DNA from: Parasitella parasitica NRRL 2501
Taxonomy: Eukaryota; Fungi; Mucoromycota
Direction: 5' to 3'
NCBI GenBank assembly: GCA_025201805.1
Contig: MU619279.1
Span: 121,160 to 185,159, forward strand
Length of the DNA: 64,000 nucleotides
Under the pieces are notes generated by a model. That model made no database searches. It was not told the origin of the DNA and was given only the letters and a program-made list of their open reading frames with translations. Both the position numbers and the translations under genes were made by a program. Positions 27,455 through 39,473 of the stretch are shown here, piece by piece (positions within the stretch are counted from its first letter, which is position 1; the number at the start of each line of letters is the position of its first letter).

Positions 27455-28417
27455 TTACGAAGACCTCTTATCCTTTGCTTGTCTTGATACTGATGTCTCT
27501 AATTCAGTATCGTGCAATAGAAACTTGTAAAACAAAGGAGCCAAAGGAATAGTAGCGGCATGCCATAGAGAATGAGCATCCAAAATTTCCTTGATAGGAG
27601 GAAAGTCGAAAACCTCCAAGCTCATAGCGCAACTGACCAAGACGACGGAAACACCTACCATATAAGCAAAAGGTCTTCTCTCTGATTGTCCCCATCTGGT
27701 ATACTGCATCACTGACCATCCCAGCCACAAGTTTGTTTGTAATAAGCCAACCACGATGCATGCTGTCATATTGTAGCCATAGTCAAATCGATCTAAGCTT
27801 GACAAGTAGCTTACATGAGCTACGTAGAGGAGAGCACAAATAGTGACCCAGATCGATGCTAGTGTGTCATTCATATAGAATATACGCACAACAGCTACAC
27901 AAAAACCGTAGAAAATGTAAAGACCAGCACTAAAATAATCCAGCTTCTCTGTAATATGTGTATCTCTGGTGTGAAAGACAGTACTCCATAACCATGCATT
28001 CATGCCTACAACGGCGATTCCTAGATAGAATTTTTTAAGCCGATAGGCATCATTCACTTGTCTCTTGATAATTTTAAAGTATCGTAAATGCACAAGTCCA
28101 TTGAGAATAGAGAAAGTTACAGAAGCTGGTTCTTGGATGCCGAACACGCGCTGAAAAGGCCATTTTCCATGGTATTGGTGGATGTACTTTTGATTTGCAA
28201 TTGCTCTTTGTGTAATTGTTTGCATACAATGGTAGCCACAATTTTGACGCACTGTCCACTGCAATAATCGTAGGTAGTGCGGTAACTGTGATATGTCTGT
28301 GTCGGCTGAGCATTGTTCTACACAATTGATGTATTCTGGCAATCTATCACCACTTGACCCAAAACATACAGCGAAAAAAGTGACTAAAATGACAGCAACC
28401 GCTAAGGAATTTTTCAT
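27455..28417 (-). CDS. PER1: Per1/PGAP3 GPI lipid-remodelling phospholipase A2-like protein (single exon)
   Basis: SSGDR..Y..C, QYHGKWPF.RVFGIQEPAS, NAWLWSTVFHTRD..TEKLDY, FDYGYNM and LEVFDFPP...DAHSLWH. Confidence 0.95.
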   Translation of the reverse strand: MKNSLAVAVILVTFFAVCFGSSGDRLPEYINCVEQCSADTDISQLPHYLRLLQWTVRQNCGYHCMQTITQRAIANQKYIHQYHGKWPFQRVFGIQEPASVTFSILNGLVHLRYFKIIKRQVNDAYRLKKFYLGIAVVGMNAWLWSTVFHTRDTHITEKLDYFSAGLYIFYGFCVAVVRIFYMNDTLASIWVTICALLYVAHVSYLSSLDRFDYGYNMTACIVVGLLQTNLWLGWSVMQYTRWGQSERRPFAYMVGVSVVLVSCAMSLEVFDFPPIKEILDAHSLWHAATIPLAPLFYKFLLHDTELETSVSRQAKDKRSS

Positions 28418-28566
28418 TTCTCAAGCAGAGGTTGTTCTCAGTTGTTTCTACAGGAAAAGAGAAAAATGCCTCTTTTTGCGATGAGCCCTGCCAGAAAACA
28501 CAGAATTCGGGAATTCAACCACGCCTAGGGCAAAACAGGAACATAATTGTGTCAACAATATTTTAT

Positions 28567-30350
28567 TTACCATGGCACTTGGATCTCAATATTTTCGGCA
28601 GATGCAATGCCTTTTGTCACTACATATTCCGCACTTGCAACACAACCTTCCAGTAAAGGGATTCCTTTCCAACAGTAAGAACCAACAAACCAAATGCCAT
28701 TCTTGCCCTGACATGGTCCTAATGAGGGGTTTTTATCTCCAGTAAAAAGCTGTTGTAAAGCTTTCTTGGATTCTAATGTCACCGTAGCACGCTCAAACCA
28801 AGCAACTGAAAGCAGTTTCTTGGGGTCGACCGATAGGCAAGGATTTGTGGTTTGCATGTATAAATTGTCCGTCTTTTTTCGCAGTGTGCCGTGAGTCAAA
28901 TTGATTATATGCGTGGCCATGGTGGTATCGTGAGGATAGGGCACAATAAGATCGCTTTTCCCAGGATCTACACTTTTATCGACAATGGCTAAATTGAGAG
29001 CTTTCCAATTACTCTGATCAGAGGGTAATAATCTGGTATCGGTGTGGTTAACAACAAGAGCAGTGTCGTAACAGAACGTCTGCAGCATTTCAATCTGAGC
29101 CTGCACACTTTTAATCATGGGATCGCTTGCAGATTTCCACATCTGAAATGTTTCTTCTTTGGTATTCTTTAGCGATGCAACATATTCGTTCAATATAGAT
29201 ATAGCTTGGTTGCCTTGAGTAGCAAATATAACATGGTCAATATCGTATATGAGGCCATGTTCGTCCGTCAGTTGAAACCGATGCTCGGGGTTTGCGTTTG
29301 GCTTGATGCTAGTAATTTGAGTCTTCAAGTGGATGTTTTTCAGTGGAGCAGAAATGATCTTTACTACTTGCTGAACGCCAAAACCAGCAACATATGATTC
29401 TTGAAACAAACCCATTGCCATGTATTCTAAACATAATCAATTAAGTCATTGAAGGGCATAATCCATCAACCGTGTGAGTTTTTTTTTTTTTTTTTTTTTT
29501 TTTNNNNNNNNNNAATGTCAGATGCTGGATAATTTAACATGGATTGATACGAATTAGTGCAGACAGCAGCAAACAGTGGAACAAAGATTTCATGCGCAAA
29601 GTACGAATGAACATGATACTTTTTAAAGAATTGCCCTAGTGTCATATTGCAGATCGGATGTAGAGAATCACTTAGGTGACCACGATAAAACATCCACAAG
29701 GAAATGAACATGAGCCACAGATAAGAGAATGCAACCACGAATGATCTCCAGATGAAACGACCGAGGTCTTCAACAAAACCCAAGAAAGTCAAAGATGTCG
29801 AAGATTTTACCATATCCAAATGGCCAACGGTGCGTGCGCCGCTGTACACTAAATAGGAGTCATTTGTCGTAAATGATGCAACTTGACTAGCATCGATATC
29901 TTTGTACAATAGCGTTGATTTCGATTGCATAATGCGATACCACCCAAAACTAAACTTTGCCTTTTTCGCTGGAATATTCAAGTGTTGATAAAGCCTGGAT
30001 AAATGTGAATAATAGCCTGATCATGTATGCATTTAATTAGATGGTTGACTTGTATTACAAACAAATATGAGGTTTACCAGGCATGTAGGATCGCATAGGC
30101 ACCTAAGATTGTGATACAAGAACAGGTTTTTAAATGATTGTCGAGCGATATGGGGTATGCTTACATCGATCCGAAAGTCTTTTTCTGGTCCAACGGATAT
30201 AGAAGCAGCATCCATACCAAGAGAGCTGTTCTTTTCGAACAAATGTACGTTGATGTGGTCATGCTGGCTCTTTTCGAGCAAATACACTGTGGACAAGCCG
30301 GCCAGTCCTGAGCCGATAACTGCAATGTTGATTTGTTTTTTGGTTTCCAT
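28567..30350 (-). CDS. FAD-dependent oxidoreductase (amine oxidase/NAD-binding-8 type), multi-exon, spans a 10-N gap
   Basis: IAVIGSGLAG, HLFEK..LGMDA, DVPMRS, PLFAAVCT, DHVIFATQ and QGKNGIWFVGSY..GIPLLEGCVASA. Confidence 0.85.
29504..29513. other. Assembly gap (N) next to poly(T)
   Basis: N run; removes an exon end and splice donor of the FAD oxidoreductase. Confidence 0.99.
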
Positions 30351-30608
30351 GGCAATTGGGCCGTTTGTGATACTAATGAAAGAAAGAGGAGGAAAAGAAA
30401 AGGACAAAAATTTGTCTTATATAATGGCAATCATTACAACCAACAAATGTTGAGTTGAAATTTATGATGATTTAGGTTGTACGATCAGGACTACCACCTT
30501 CTGTCAGTGATTTGGAGCCATTCCCTTGCCAGTCACCGTCTCCATAGAAGAAACCATCACGTAGCTTTTTTCATTTTCTCTTTCCTTCTTGGCAATTTAC
30601 TAAATAAC

Positions 30609-31489
30609 ATGCTGGCAGCACCTATATTTACTGTGGATCACAGTAGACTGACATTTGATTTTGAAGAATTTATCAAGAACGAACTTGGGTTGAAGCTAGA
30701 CAATCAAACTAAGCGAGAAGGTAGTTTAATCATTATGGTTGAGATTGATTGAAACTTATTCGGATTGTAGATGAACCCATCTGCAAATACTTTTTAAAGG
30801 GTACCTGCACAAAAGGAAAAAATTGCCAATTCAGACACAAAGGATATGACAGGGATAAATCTGTTGTGTGCAAGCATTGGTTGCGTGGGTTGTGTAAAAA
30901 GGGTGATGGTTGTGAGTTTCTTCATGTGTTTAATATGAAAAAAATGCCTGAATGTTGGTTTTACTCGAAATACGGTGAATGCTGTAATGGAGACGAATGC
31001 ATGTATCTTCATATTGACCCAGAAAGCAAACAAAAGGAATGTCCATGGTACGCTCGAGGATTTTGCAAGCATGGACCCAATTGTCGCAATAAGCATGTAC
31101 GAAAGTTGGTTTGCCAGAACTATTTAACAGGATTTTGCCCTGATGGCCTCAATTGTCCCAATGGACATCCAAAATATGAATTGCCAGTGATGCATAATTT
31201 GCTTAATGAACTGTCTGATACCGCTCAGCCACAGCAGCAGCAGCAGCAGCAGCACCAACAACCACAACCTCATACCCATGATAAAGTACCGTTTAACAGA
31301 CAGAATAATATGCATCAACAACAGCACTCATTTCATAGCAATAACAACAATAATAATAACCATATTAATAATAATCAGCAGCAGCAGGGAACGTTTAGAA
31401 AGCTAGAAGATGTTACATGTTATAAATGTGGCCAGCAAGGACATTATGCCAATCGCTGTCCTCAAGGTAGATCTGGTCCTCCAATGTGA
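30609..31489 (+). CDS. YTH1: mRNA 3'-end processing factor Yth1/CPSF30 (five CCCH fingers plus a C-terminal CCHC knuckle)
   Basis: VVCKHWLRGLCKKGD.CEFLH, MPECWFY, ECPWYARGFCKHGP.C and VTCYKCGQQGHYANRCP. Intron ~30721-30770. Confidence 0.95.
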
Positions 31490-32655
31490 AATTGAAACTT
31501 GGCAAATTATTCGAGTATAATAATAATCCCAAACAGAGTGAAACAAGAAGTTATGCGTAGAAGTTAATTTATTATGTATAATAAAACTTTTGGATGATAG
31601 CCTATAGTCTATGTATCTTGCCACCCAACTTCACTTGCATTAAAAGCACGCCACCCCCAATCTATAAGCAACAATAGTATACTTGAGAAGGACAATAAGG
31701 CTCTGTAAATCAATGATGATTGTACCATTTTAATTCTTTTTCATTACTATAAATGACATGGCTACGTTCAGGTCTAGAAGCAGATGTCGTGCGTATAAAC
31801 ACTGTCGATGATCTGTATTGTTTGTTTCATCGAATCTTCGTTTTTAGCACGACTTCATAATATGTCGACAGGCATTACCAATACCGGACACAATAACAAA
31901 ACCATCACATCTCATTTATTCATGTATTCATTTACTCATTTGTTCATTTATTCATTTATTCATTTATTCATTTTAAGACTTTAAAAAAAAAAGAATGGTA
32001 TACATTATGAGTCCTGCCATTAAAAGTTGAATACCTTAAGACTCATAAAGTAGGCACTGGCAAGAAAGAAACAGGAAGATTTCGCTTCAAAGTACTTTTC
32101 ACAGTAGATCTACACCCTCTCTTAAAGCAAGACTGGCTCCAATTTGGATATATGAGCTTAAAAACGAATACAATGGAGAGAAAAGTTTTAAGGTCGACGA
32201 CTCGAATAATTACATGAGAAACACCAAGCACTTTTTTGACGGTACTTTCAAACATCCAGTTAATTGAGAGCAATTATATTCACATTATTTGAAACATTCA
32301 TCTTACGATTTACCGTTATAAACCTTAATCTCCCAATTGCATACATGTTCTCGACCATGTAATGAATATAGCCTGTAAATCCGTTTGTTTCCATAGTAAA
32401 TAGAGATAAACAATAAATGTTCATCATTTGAATGTGCGTGTGTATTTCATTCATGTAAATCAACGTGATTTTTAAGCGTAGTGTAATGAGACATGATTTT
32501 TTCCTGTTAATCGGAATTTTTGCATACATGGACACCATATTGATCTGCATTGTAAAATCCATCAAACCAAATCTTGATTATAAAAATATAAGCTTTTGGT
32601 TTCTTGTATTTACATTCTCTCTCTCTCTCTCTCTCTTTTATCTGTAACTAGAACC

Positions 32656-33685
32656 ATGATGACACATAATATGGATTCTTTCTCTTTTGATTTCAGCGTT
32701 TTTGACAAAATAGCTAAAAGAAAGATTTCTAGTTATTTACTAGGTATGTGTGTGCATCGCCATGGCAGCAATGTGTAGCTTACTGGCTTGTTTAATTGTA
32801 GATTATGTAAAAAGTGAGTTTGAAGCAATTATTTCTTGTCCCTCTTCCTCTCGGAATGGTACCATAACACCCCCTTCGTCCTCGTCTTCTTCTGCTGCTT
32901 CTGGCAATAATAACCTTGATCTAGACACACAGCGTCATCTATATAAAACTGGTTCTACATTTGATCATTCTGGTTTACCTTCACCTCCTTTATCTACATC
33001 TCCCCAAAGAAGAAATTCTACAATTCCATCGATTCACATGACATCGTCTTCTACTTCTCTCAATAATCCCATGCCCCTGCGTACTTATATAGAGGTTGTT
33101 GTGAAGAAGTCTCGTATGGACACTGGAACGATTTTGACTTCGCTGTGTTACGCACGGCGTCTTAGGCGAAAGCTATTTAATACTTCCAGAGGTAGCTATT
33201 CCGAACCTTTACGTTTTGGTGTGTCAATACTGACTCAATCATTAGGAATGGAATGCACTCATCATCGCATTTTCTTGGCAACTTTAATTATAGCAACAAA
33301 GTATATCCACGACTCAGCAATCAAGAACAAATACTGGGTCGATTATTCCTCTCAACTTTTCTCAGGCAGTGAAATTAACCTAATGGAAAAGCAATTGTTG
33401 CAGCTGTTAGACTACAATCTAGAAATTCCTTCTCACGATTTTGAAGTACTTGCAAACGACATTGTGCAACTCCATTTTCAACAGAAACTGCAGCAATATC
33501 AATGCCCTAGTATTCCTTGCAATGAACCTTCTTTTCCGTGGTATCCAACCAGACAGAATTACCGAGATAGCGCTTATCAATGTGGCCCTCCTTCTCAAAA
33601 TAGTTTTTGTTCCGCCACAACTCCTGTCAGCACATTACAAATGATGAATCCTTACAAGCCATCTCCTCCCACTCTCCATCCATAA
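32656..33685 (+). CDS. Pho85-type cyclin (Pcl1/Pcl2 family)
   Basis: PLRTYIEVVVKKSR, SLCYARRL, GMECTHHRIFLATLIIATKYIHD..KNKYW and EINLMEKQLLQLLDYNL. Two introns inferred. Confidence 0.88.
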
Positions 33686-35894
33686 AATTTACACACGATC
33701 TTTATTATTGTACATACACATCTTCTAGGTTTGTCAATTTGCCTATTCTAGATCAACTAAAAATATAAGAAATTAAAAATAACAAAAACTTTATGATACA
33801 TTGGCTCCACCACCAAAGTTCGCTTTGATATCATCCAGATTTCGTGTGACGGACAAGACTGGGTATATAATAGTTAGATAGTGTAGTTATGAGTTTGGAT
33901 AAACACAAGAGTTAATCAGTGAATATTCGCTTGGCTGACATAATAGACAAGATATTGCAAGGCATGCCAATAGAGACTTTTTTTTTAACAGCTTCAACAA
34001 AACAACTTGGACTTTGATGACGATTTCGATCCCCCCAAAGAACATATTATGGCTATGATCGGACCCGAAACTCCATTAATACCCTGCTTTTGAGTAAAAT
34101 GCCGATAAATTCACGAAGAGTGGTTTAAAACACACGAATTGAAACTTATTTAAAAATACAAAAGTTGGAAATCTAAAAACGAATTAGGTGAATTGGATAA
34201 CGAATTTTGGGGGATGGGAGCCACTGTAATATAAAACTTGACAAATGCAGCTGTCTTTCATTGTTCTCTTGAAACAAGTGCTCTTTATCTATTGGGTCCT
34301 CCGGATTTTTATTTGATCATCTTTGAAACAGACTTTATCTCGAAAAGTCTTCCCCTTCTAATATGACGAATATGATGCTTGTGCTGTCAATAAACTCATA
34401 TATGATAGTCTAGACACGATTTTGATTTTCGTGCACACGTTTAAAAGGAAGTATAGCATTTCGTGCGCTAAAATTTGCTGATAAAGTGTTTGTTTCCTTC
34501 TATACACATCATGTCACACGATTGAATTCTGTAATTTAACGGATATAAAATCACATGTGACATTTGACGCTGCCTTTAATAAAAGTAAAATGTCAGATTA
34601 CAATTGATAATCTATTAATTTCGTAAGGCGTAGGAGTGTTGCTCAGCCGAAAAAGAAAAAAAAAGAAAAAAAAGAAAAAACTGTTCAAACTGTTGTTTTG
34701 TCAGAGATGATTATCTCTAAAGCATTCGAGTTTTAACAGTCTATTGTACTCGATCAAACTACATTTTGTGTCTTTCAGATTATAGAAAAGCTCTGACCAT
34801 TGGGGAAAACGAGTACCTGATTTAGTTTCACATAATTATTAACCTCAATATTAGGGTATTGATAGCTGTTCAATGCCATGAAATGATATACCCATTTTTG
34901 TTATTTACATCATGCTATAAATGCCTAACACTTATACACATTGTAGGTGTGAACCAAATGCGCATAAATTCACAGTGTTTAAGAATAAATTTGTATGGTA
35001 AAAGTGATATCTTATTGACTATGTTTTATACATGATATATACGTCAAGTTGCTGTTCGGTGAGATAAGAGACAGAGTCAGCTGTTTACAAAGAATGGTCA
35101 ATATTTTGAAAGATCACTGGTGAACAAGGATTTGGGTTTTCCTTCATATTGCTTATGATTCCTGAAATAGAGAGTATTCTCTTGAAAACTGTTGCTTGTG
35201 AGCTGTTGTTCTTTTTAAAAAAATCACTAAAGTAATAGCATACTTTGATCATTGATGATGTAGTTCCGTAGTGGACACGCCAGGAAAGATTCGCTTGATA
35301 TCCTTTTCGTGCAAGTGATTTACAAGAAGTTGAGCATGTTTGGATAGTTTGTTGCTTATTACCATCACTATGATTTGTTTTGTCATTAATTTTATATATT
35401 TTTATCTGTCTAATCGCAATTCTTACTAGTCGTCAGTATTATGATCATCTTTGCACACCCTGTTTTTTAATTTAAAAGATAGGGCTTTAACGCTGTACAG
35501 ATAAGTCTTTTATACAGGCAACCTTTCATTATCAATAATGATTCAGCATTTAACAATTCAATTGATGCAGTAGTATGCTTAAATCATTGTCATGGGCATC
35601 GCAGTGCTAGTAAAATTTAGATCATTTACATAATTAAGTACTTCTAGACTAAAATGCATGGACGCGTAAACATCTCAATTATACTGCTCAAGTTCACAAC
35701 TGGGATTTGAACAGCAATTTTAATTACAACACAGAGAAGCAATGTTCGTTTGGATTAGATGTCTTTATTAATAGATATATATTTAGTACATAAAGGACAA
35801 ACATCCTTGTAAATACATCAAGAGAAGAAAGCCTTTGTTAAAAGAACGGGTACTTTATACAGGTATCCCTTTAACAAAAAGCATATAAAAGTTT

Positions 35895-37257
35895 TCAAGA
35901 AATTCTGCATCCAAGATTGGGATTCCAAGTGGATGAGGAATCCTTTGGCTTTTGAGCAGTGATCACGTTGCAATAAAGATACGCTTTATTCGTTGCCGCT
36001 TCAACTCTACAGTCTTGCAAATGCTGCTTGTATACTTTTGCGTCTTTCCATGCAGGCACGATTTCACAGAGATGAGGGCCGAGACCTTGAAACGCACACA
36101 AAATCGCATCACTACGAATTTATAGATAACGGTCAGAATATCAAGTAATTAGGATACATGTTTATACATGTGCTATTCTGTTTACACACCCTGTTAGCTG
36201 TCCCTTTTCATTGTCTATTCTGCAAAATAGCTGCTTCTTTACTCGTTTCTTTATGTTAGTAAACCCTGCTTGCTTGAGACGGTCTACTAACTCGGTGGCA
36301 ATGAAAGGGGGGATGCCTTGAGAAGTTTGATATTTTTCGACTGTAAAGCAGAAAAAGTTATTGATTGGGTTCGCTTGTCTTTTGTGCTATTTTTACTTAC
36401 TCGCATCTTGTTGCTTGGCAAAAGTAGGACCATATCCAGACATTTTACTGTGATCATACTAGACGATCAAGGGAAATTAAGTCAGTCTCGATCAAATGCA
36501 TATTACTAGCAGCATATGTGGTCTATGTTGCAACTTACCTCAACCAGTTCAATATAGCCTCCTGGTTTCATTACACGCAGATCTTCTTTGAGATTCTACG
36601 CATACGATGACATGAAATTACAAGGATTAGTAAGCTTCTGTTGTCTATATGTCGGACGAGCAGTAAAAGTTCTTACATCCTCCCATTGTTGGCTAGTGAG
36701 TGCCATGCAGAGCAAGCGCTGATAGACGTAATCAAATGTATTGTCTGGATAAGGGATCTTGTTGACCAGATTTCCTTCAATAAACTCTGTATTTGCGAGT
36801 CTGTCCTTTTCATCAGGAAACTGCTTCTCAAACATATCAACTCCATGGAATTGAGAGTTTTTGTATTTGGCTGCCATATCTAAGGACCAACCTCCAGGGC
36901 CACATCCACCATCAAGAACCGTAATACCATGCTTAAGCTTTCTTTTCAAAGGCACTGAATAGAGCCTATATATGTCGGGGGGGGGGGAGAGAGAGAGAGA
37001 GGAAATAAACGGATGAGAATCAAAGGGAATGCTATAAGAAGCCATCAGTAGGTTACCCGTCTAATGTAACTTTCATCAAATCATGCTGTCTTTTCAAGCG
37101 GTCAATTTCTATTTAAAGTGTTTAGGGTATGCACAGAAAAAAAAAAAAAAAGAAATCTATACATACCTTCTGAATCGTTGGGGAGAAGATATCGGCTTTC
37201 ACTTTCATTATGGTAAGTTCTGCCGTCTTTGTGCCTGTAGTTGTCGACTTGAGCCAT
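35895..37257 (-). CDS. Class I SAM-dependent methyltransferase (LaeA-like/Methyltransf_23-25 type), multi-exon
   Basis: GRTYHN..SRYLLPNDSEEIDRL, VLDGGCGPGGWSLDMA, FHGVD, PYPDNTFDYVYQR, RVMKPGGYIELVE and terminal VITAQKP. Confidence 0.85.
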
Positions 37258-37333
37258 TATCAAAACGCTTTTAATTAGAGAAAGAGTAAAGGACTTTGAT
37301 TGTAGTACCTTTTTTTTTTTTTTTTTTTTTTTT

Positions 37334-37368
37334 NNNNNNNNNNNNNNNNNNNNNNNNNNNNNNNNNNN
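37334..37368. other. Assembly gap (N) next to poly(T)
   Basis: N run. Confidence 0.99.
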
Positions 37369-39473
37369 TAGCTTGAGGCGAAGTCGTAGGTGCCTCCATG
37401 GTGCTCATTTCGTTGAGAGGACTCCGGTTTGCATGCAAAAAGGGCACAAATCAAGTGAGAATGTAGTTGACGGATTACTTGCGCTGTATCTGTCGCCATG
37501 AACAAGCATACCGTTGTTAAATTAAGATAAATGTGCAACCTCGATTATAAACTGCCAATGCGCAAGGCTTTATTCCGTATGCACCCACCGTATAGCATGA
37601 ACAGTAAACACTACGGGTGCCTCACTTTCTTATCTGGGGCATCTCCAGAGGGGTCACTCCCTTTTCCCGCATATTTTTTTTTTGACACTCACGGACACCA
37701 AATGGTAGTAGTAGATCAATTATTCTAATAACGAACCTGTCAGTCCACATAGAGCAGTAGTTACAAATAAAATCTACCTCCTTTGCTGTGAAAAAAAAAA
37801 TCATTGCGCATTTGATTTATTACCAGGCAAGTTTTAAACTTGCTAATTGCTGCGATGTCCAAGTACATTTGCGATAAATTTAAGAGCTGACAGGCAACTT
37901 GTTTCCCTCCCCTCTCTCACTAAAGAAATGCGAATACCTGCAGACTAAAACTCCAGAGTCTTGGGACGCAGGGGCCAATCCATGTGAAGTCTGTAATGCA
38001 TTCGATATTTGTACTCGATACGAGATCCTATAGGCTGCCGCTTGTATTCTCATTCTGTAGATAACACATATATATTATCGACCTTCTGTGTTACTATTTG
38101 TAACCAAGAATTGATGGAAAATAGGCTGGAAAGCTTGTATATAGCAGCGGCCATGCTTGGTTAGACACCATCGAAAGATAGGCTGTATAGCTTATTTAGG
38201 GTCAACAATCATTAGCATAGTATAGTGTTGTTAACGTCCGATCTATTACAGTGGTTCTCTGAAAATAGAAAAAACTGGAGAGGGGAGGGGTCGCCCCTCT
38301 CAAGCTACCTACGAGAAGGAGACCCGTAGTAATTTTAAATAAGGCATATCGAAATCTCTAGTACTCGCCACCCTCGTCGATCCTGCTGAGAAAATAACAA
38401 CTGTCGCTTGGATCAAGTAGAATATATATATTTGTATATGTATACCAATAATTATGAGTCGTGAATATATCTAGCTGCAACACTCAAATCCCATGACTAC
38501 AGTTTCTGTTCTGTTACAAATAAAAGAGCTCTTAGATACGGCAGCTCTTTCTCCTGATGCGCGCCATTTGCGGATCAAAGCAATTGTGTTACAAATAGTC
38601 TTTGCTGGATCAAATGCTAAGATACCTACAAAGAATGAAGCGAGAAACATGCTGCTAAATGAGCTCGGTTATCTTCGAATCGAATCAGACGCAGGAATCT
38701 CCTGTGAAAACCAACCGTTCCCTACAAAGGCCAAAACTAGCAGTCGAGCTTTTTGTTGAATGCAACGCTGAAACACCATGGACCCAATGACGTATTTGCG
38801 GTTCCGTGTCCCCAAGGCAGAATCGTCCATTAAAGGCAATTTGAATTACTTGGTGATGCGCCCCTTGATTGTTGTTACCTTTTTTGTACAATATACTACT
38901 ATTTTCCTTTCAACATTCGGAAATGATGGTGAAAGAGAAAACAGCCTTCACTTGTTTGGATGCTTTAGAGCGGCGGCCCAAGAAACAGTAGCGAGGAAAC
39001 AAAATCCCGTCGCCTGCAATGGCTTTGAATCCTCTATTTGCCTGCGATAAATTACATCGTTTGCTTTTATTACAATGGTTGCTCGTCGAATGATGGGCGA
39101 GCGTGGCTCGAATCCACCTCCATGACATATTCTCTGGTCAAGATTATAGCTTTTCGATCTCGCATCTTGTGTCTGCCTGTGCATGGTTATAGTCTATTAC
39201 TGTGCAGCTAAACTGATAAAAAAAAGAAAAAGAAAGTGGGTTGTAGTAGGCGTAGGCTTACGGATTCTAGGCATTGAGGCAGCGTAGCAGCAATGGACCA
39301 AAATAACAACAGGCAACCCCGAAGCAAGCTAAAATTTTTCTAAAAAACACACGCTAAAATAAACTTAATCGAGAGAGCCCTTCTTTCCTCTCTTTTTATA
39401 TATCACATCTTACTTGAAGCCATTCCAGTGCGGACATCTTTGAGTGAGCCCCTTGGCATATTTTGAATTAGCA

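Noticed and set aside
38493-39184. Cluster of short overlapping ORFs upstream of the MscS gene
   Set aside because: No motifs and no coherent splice model were found.
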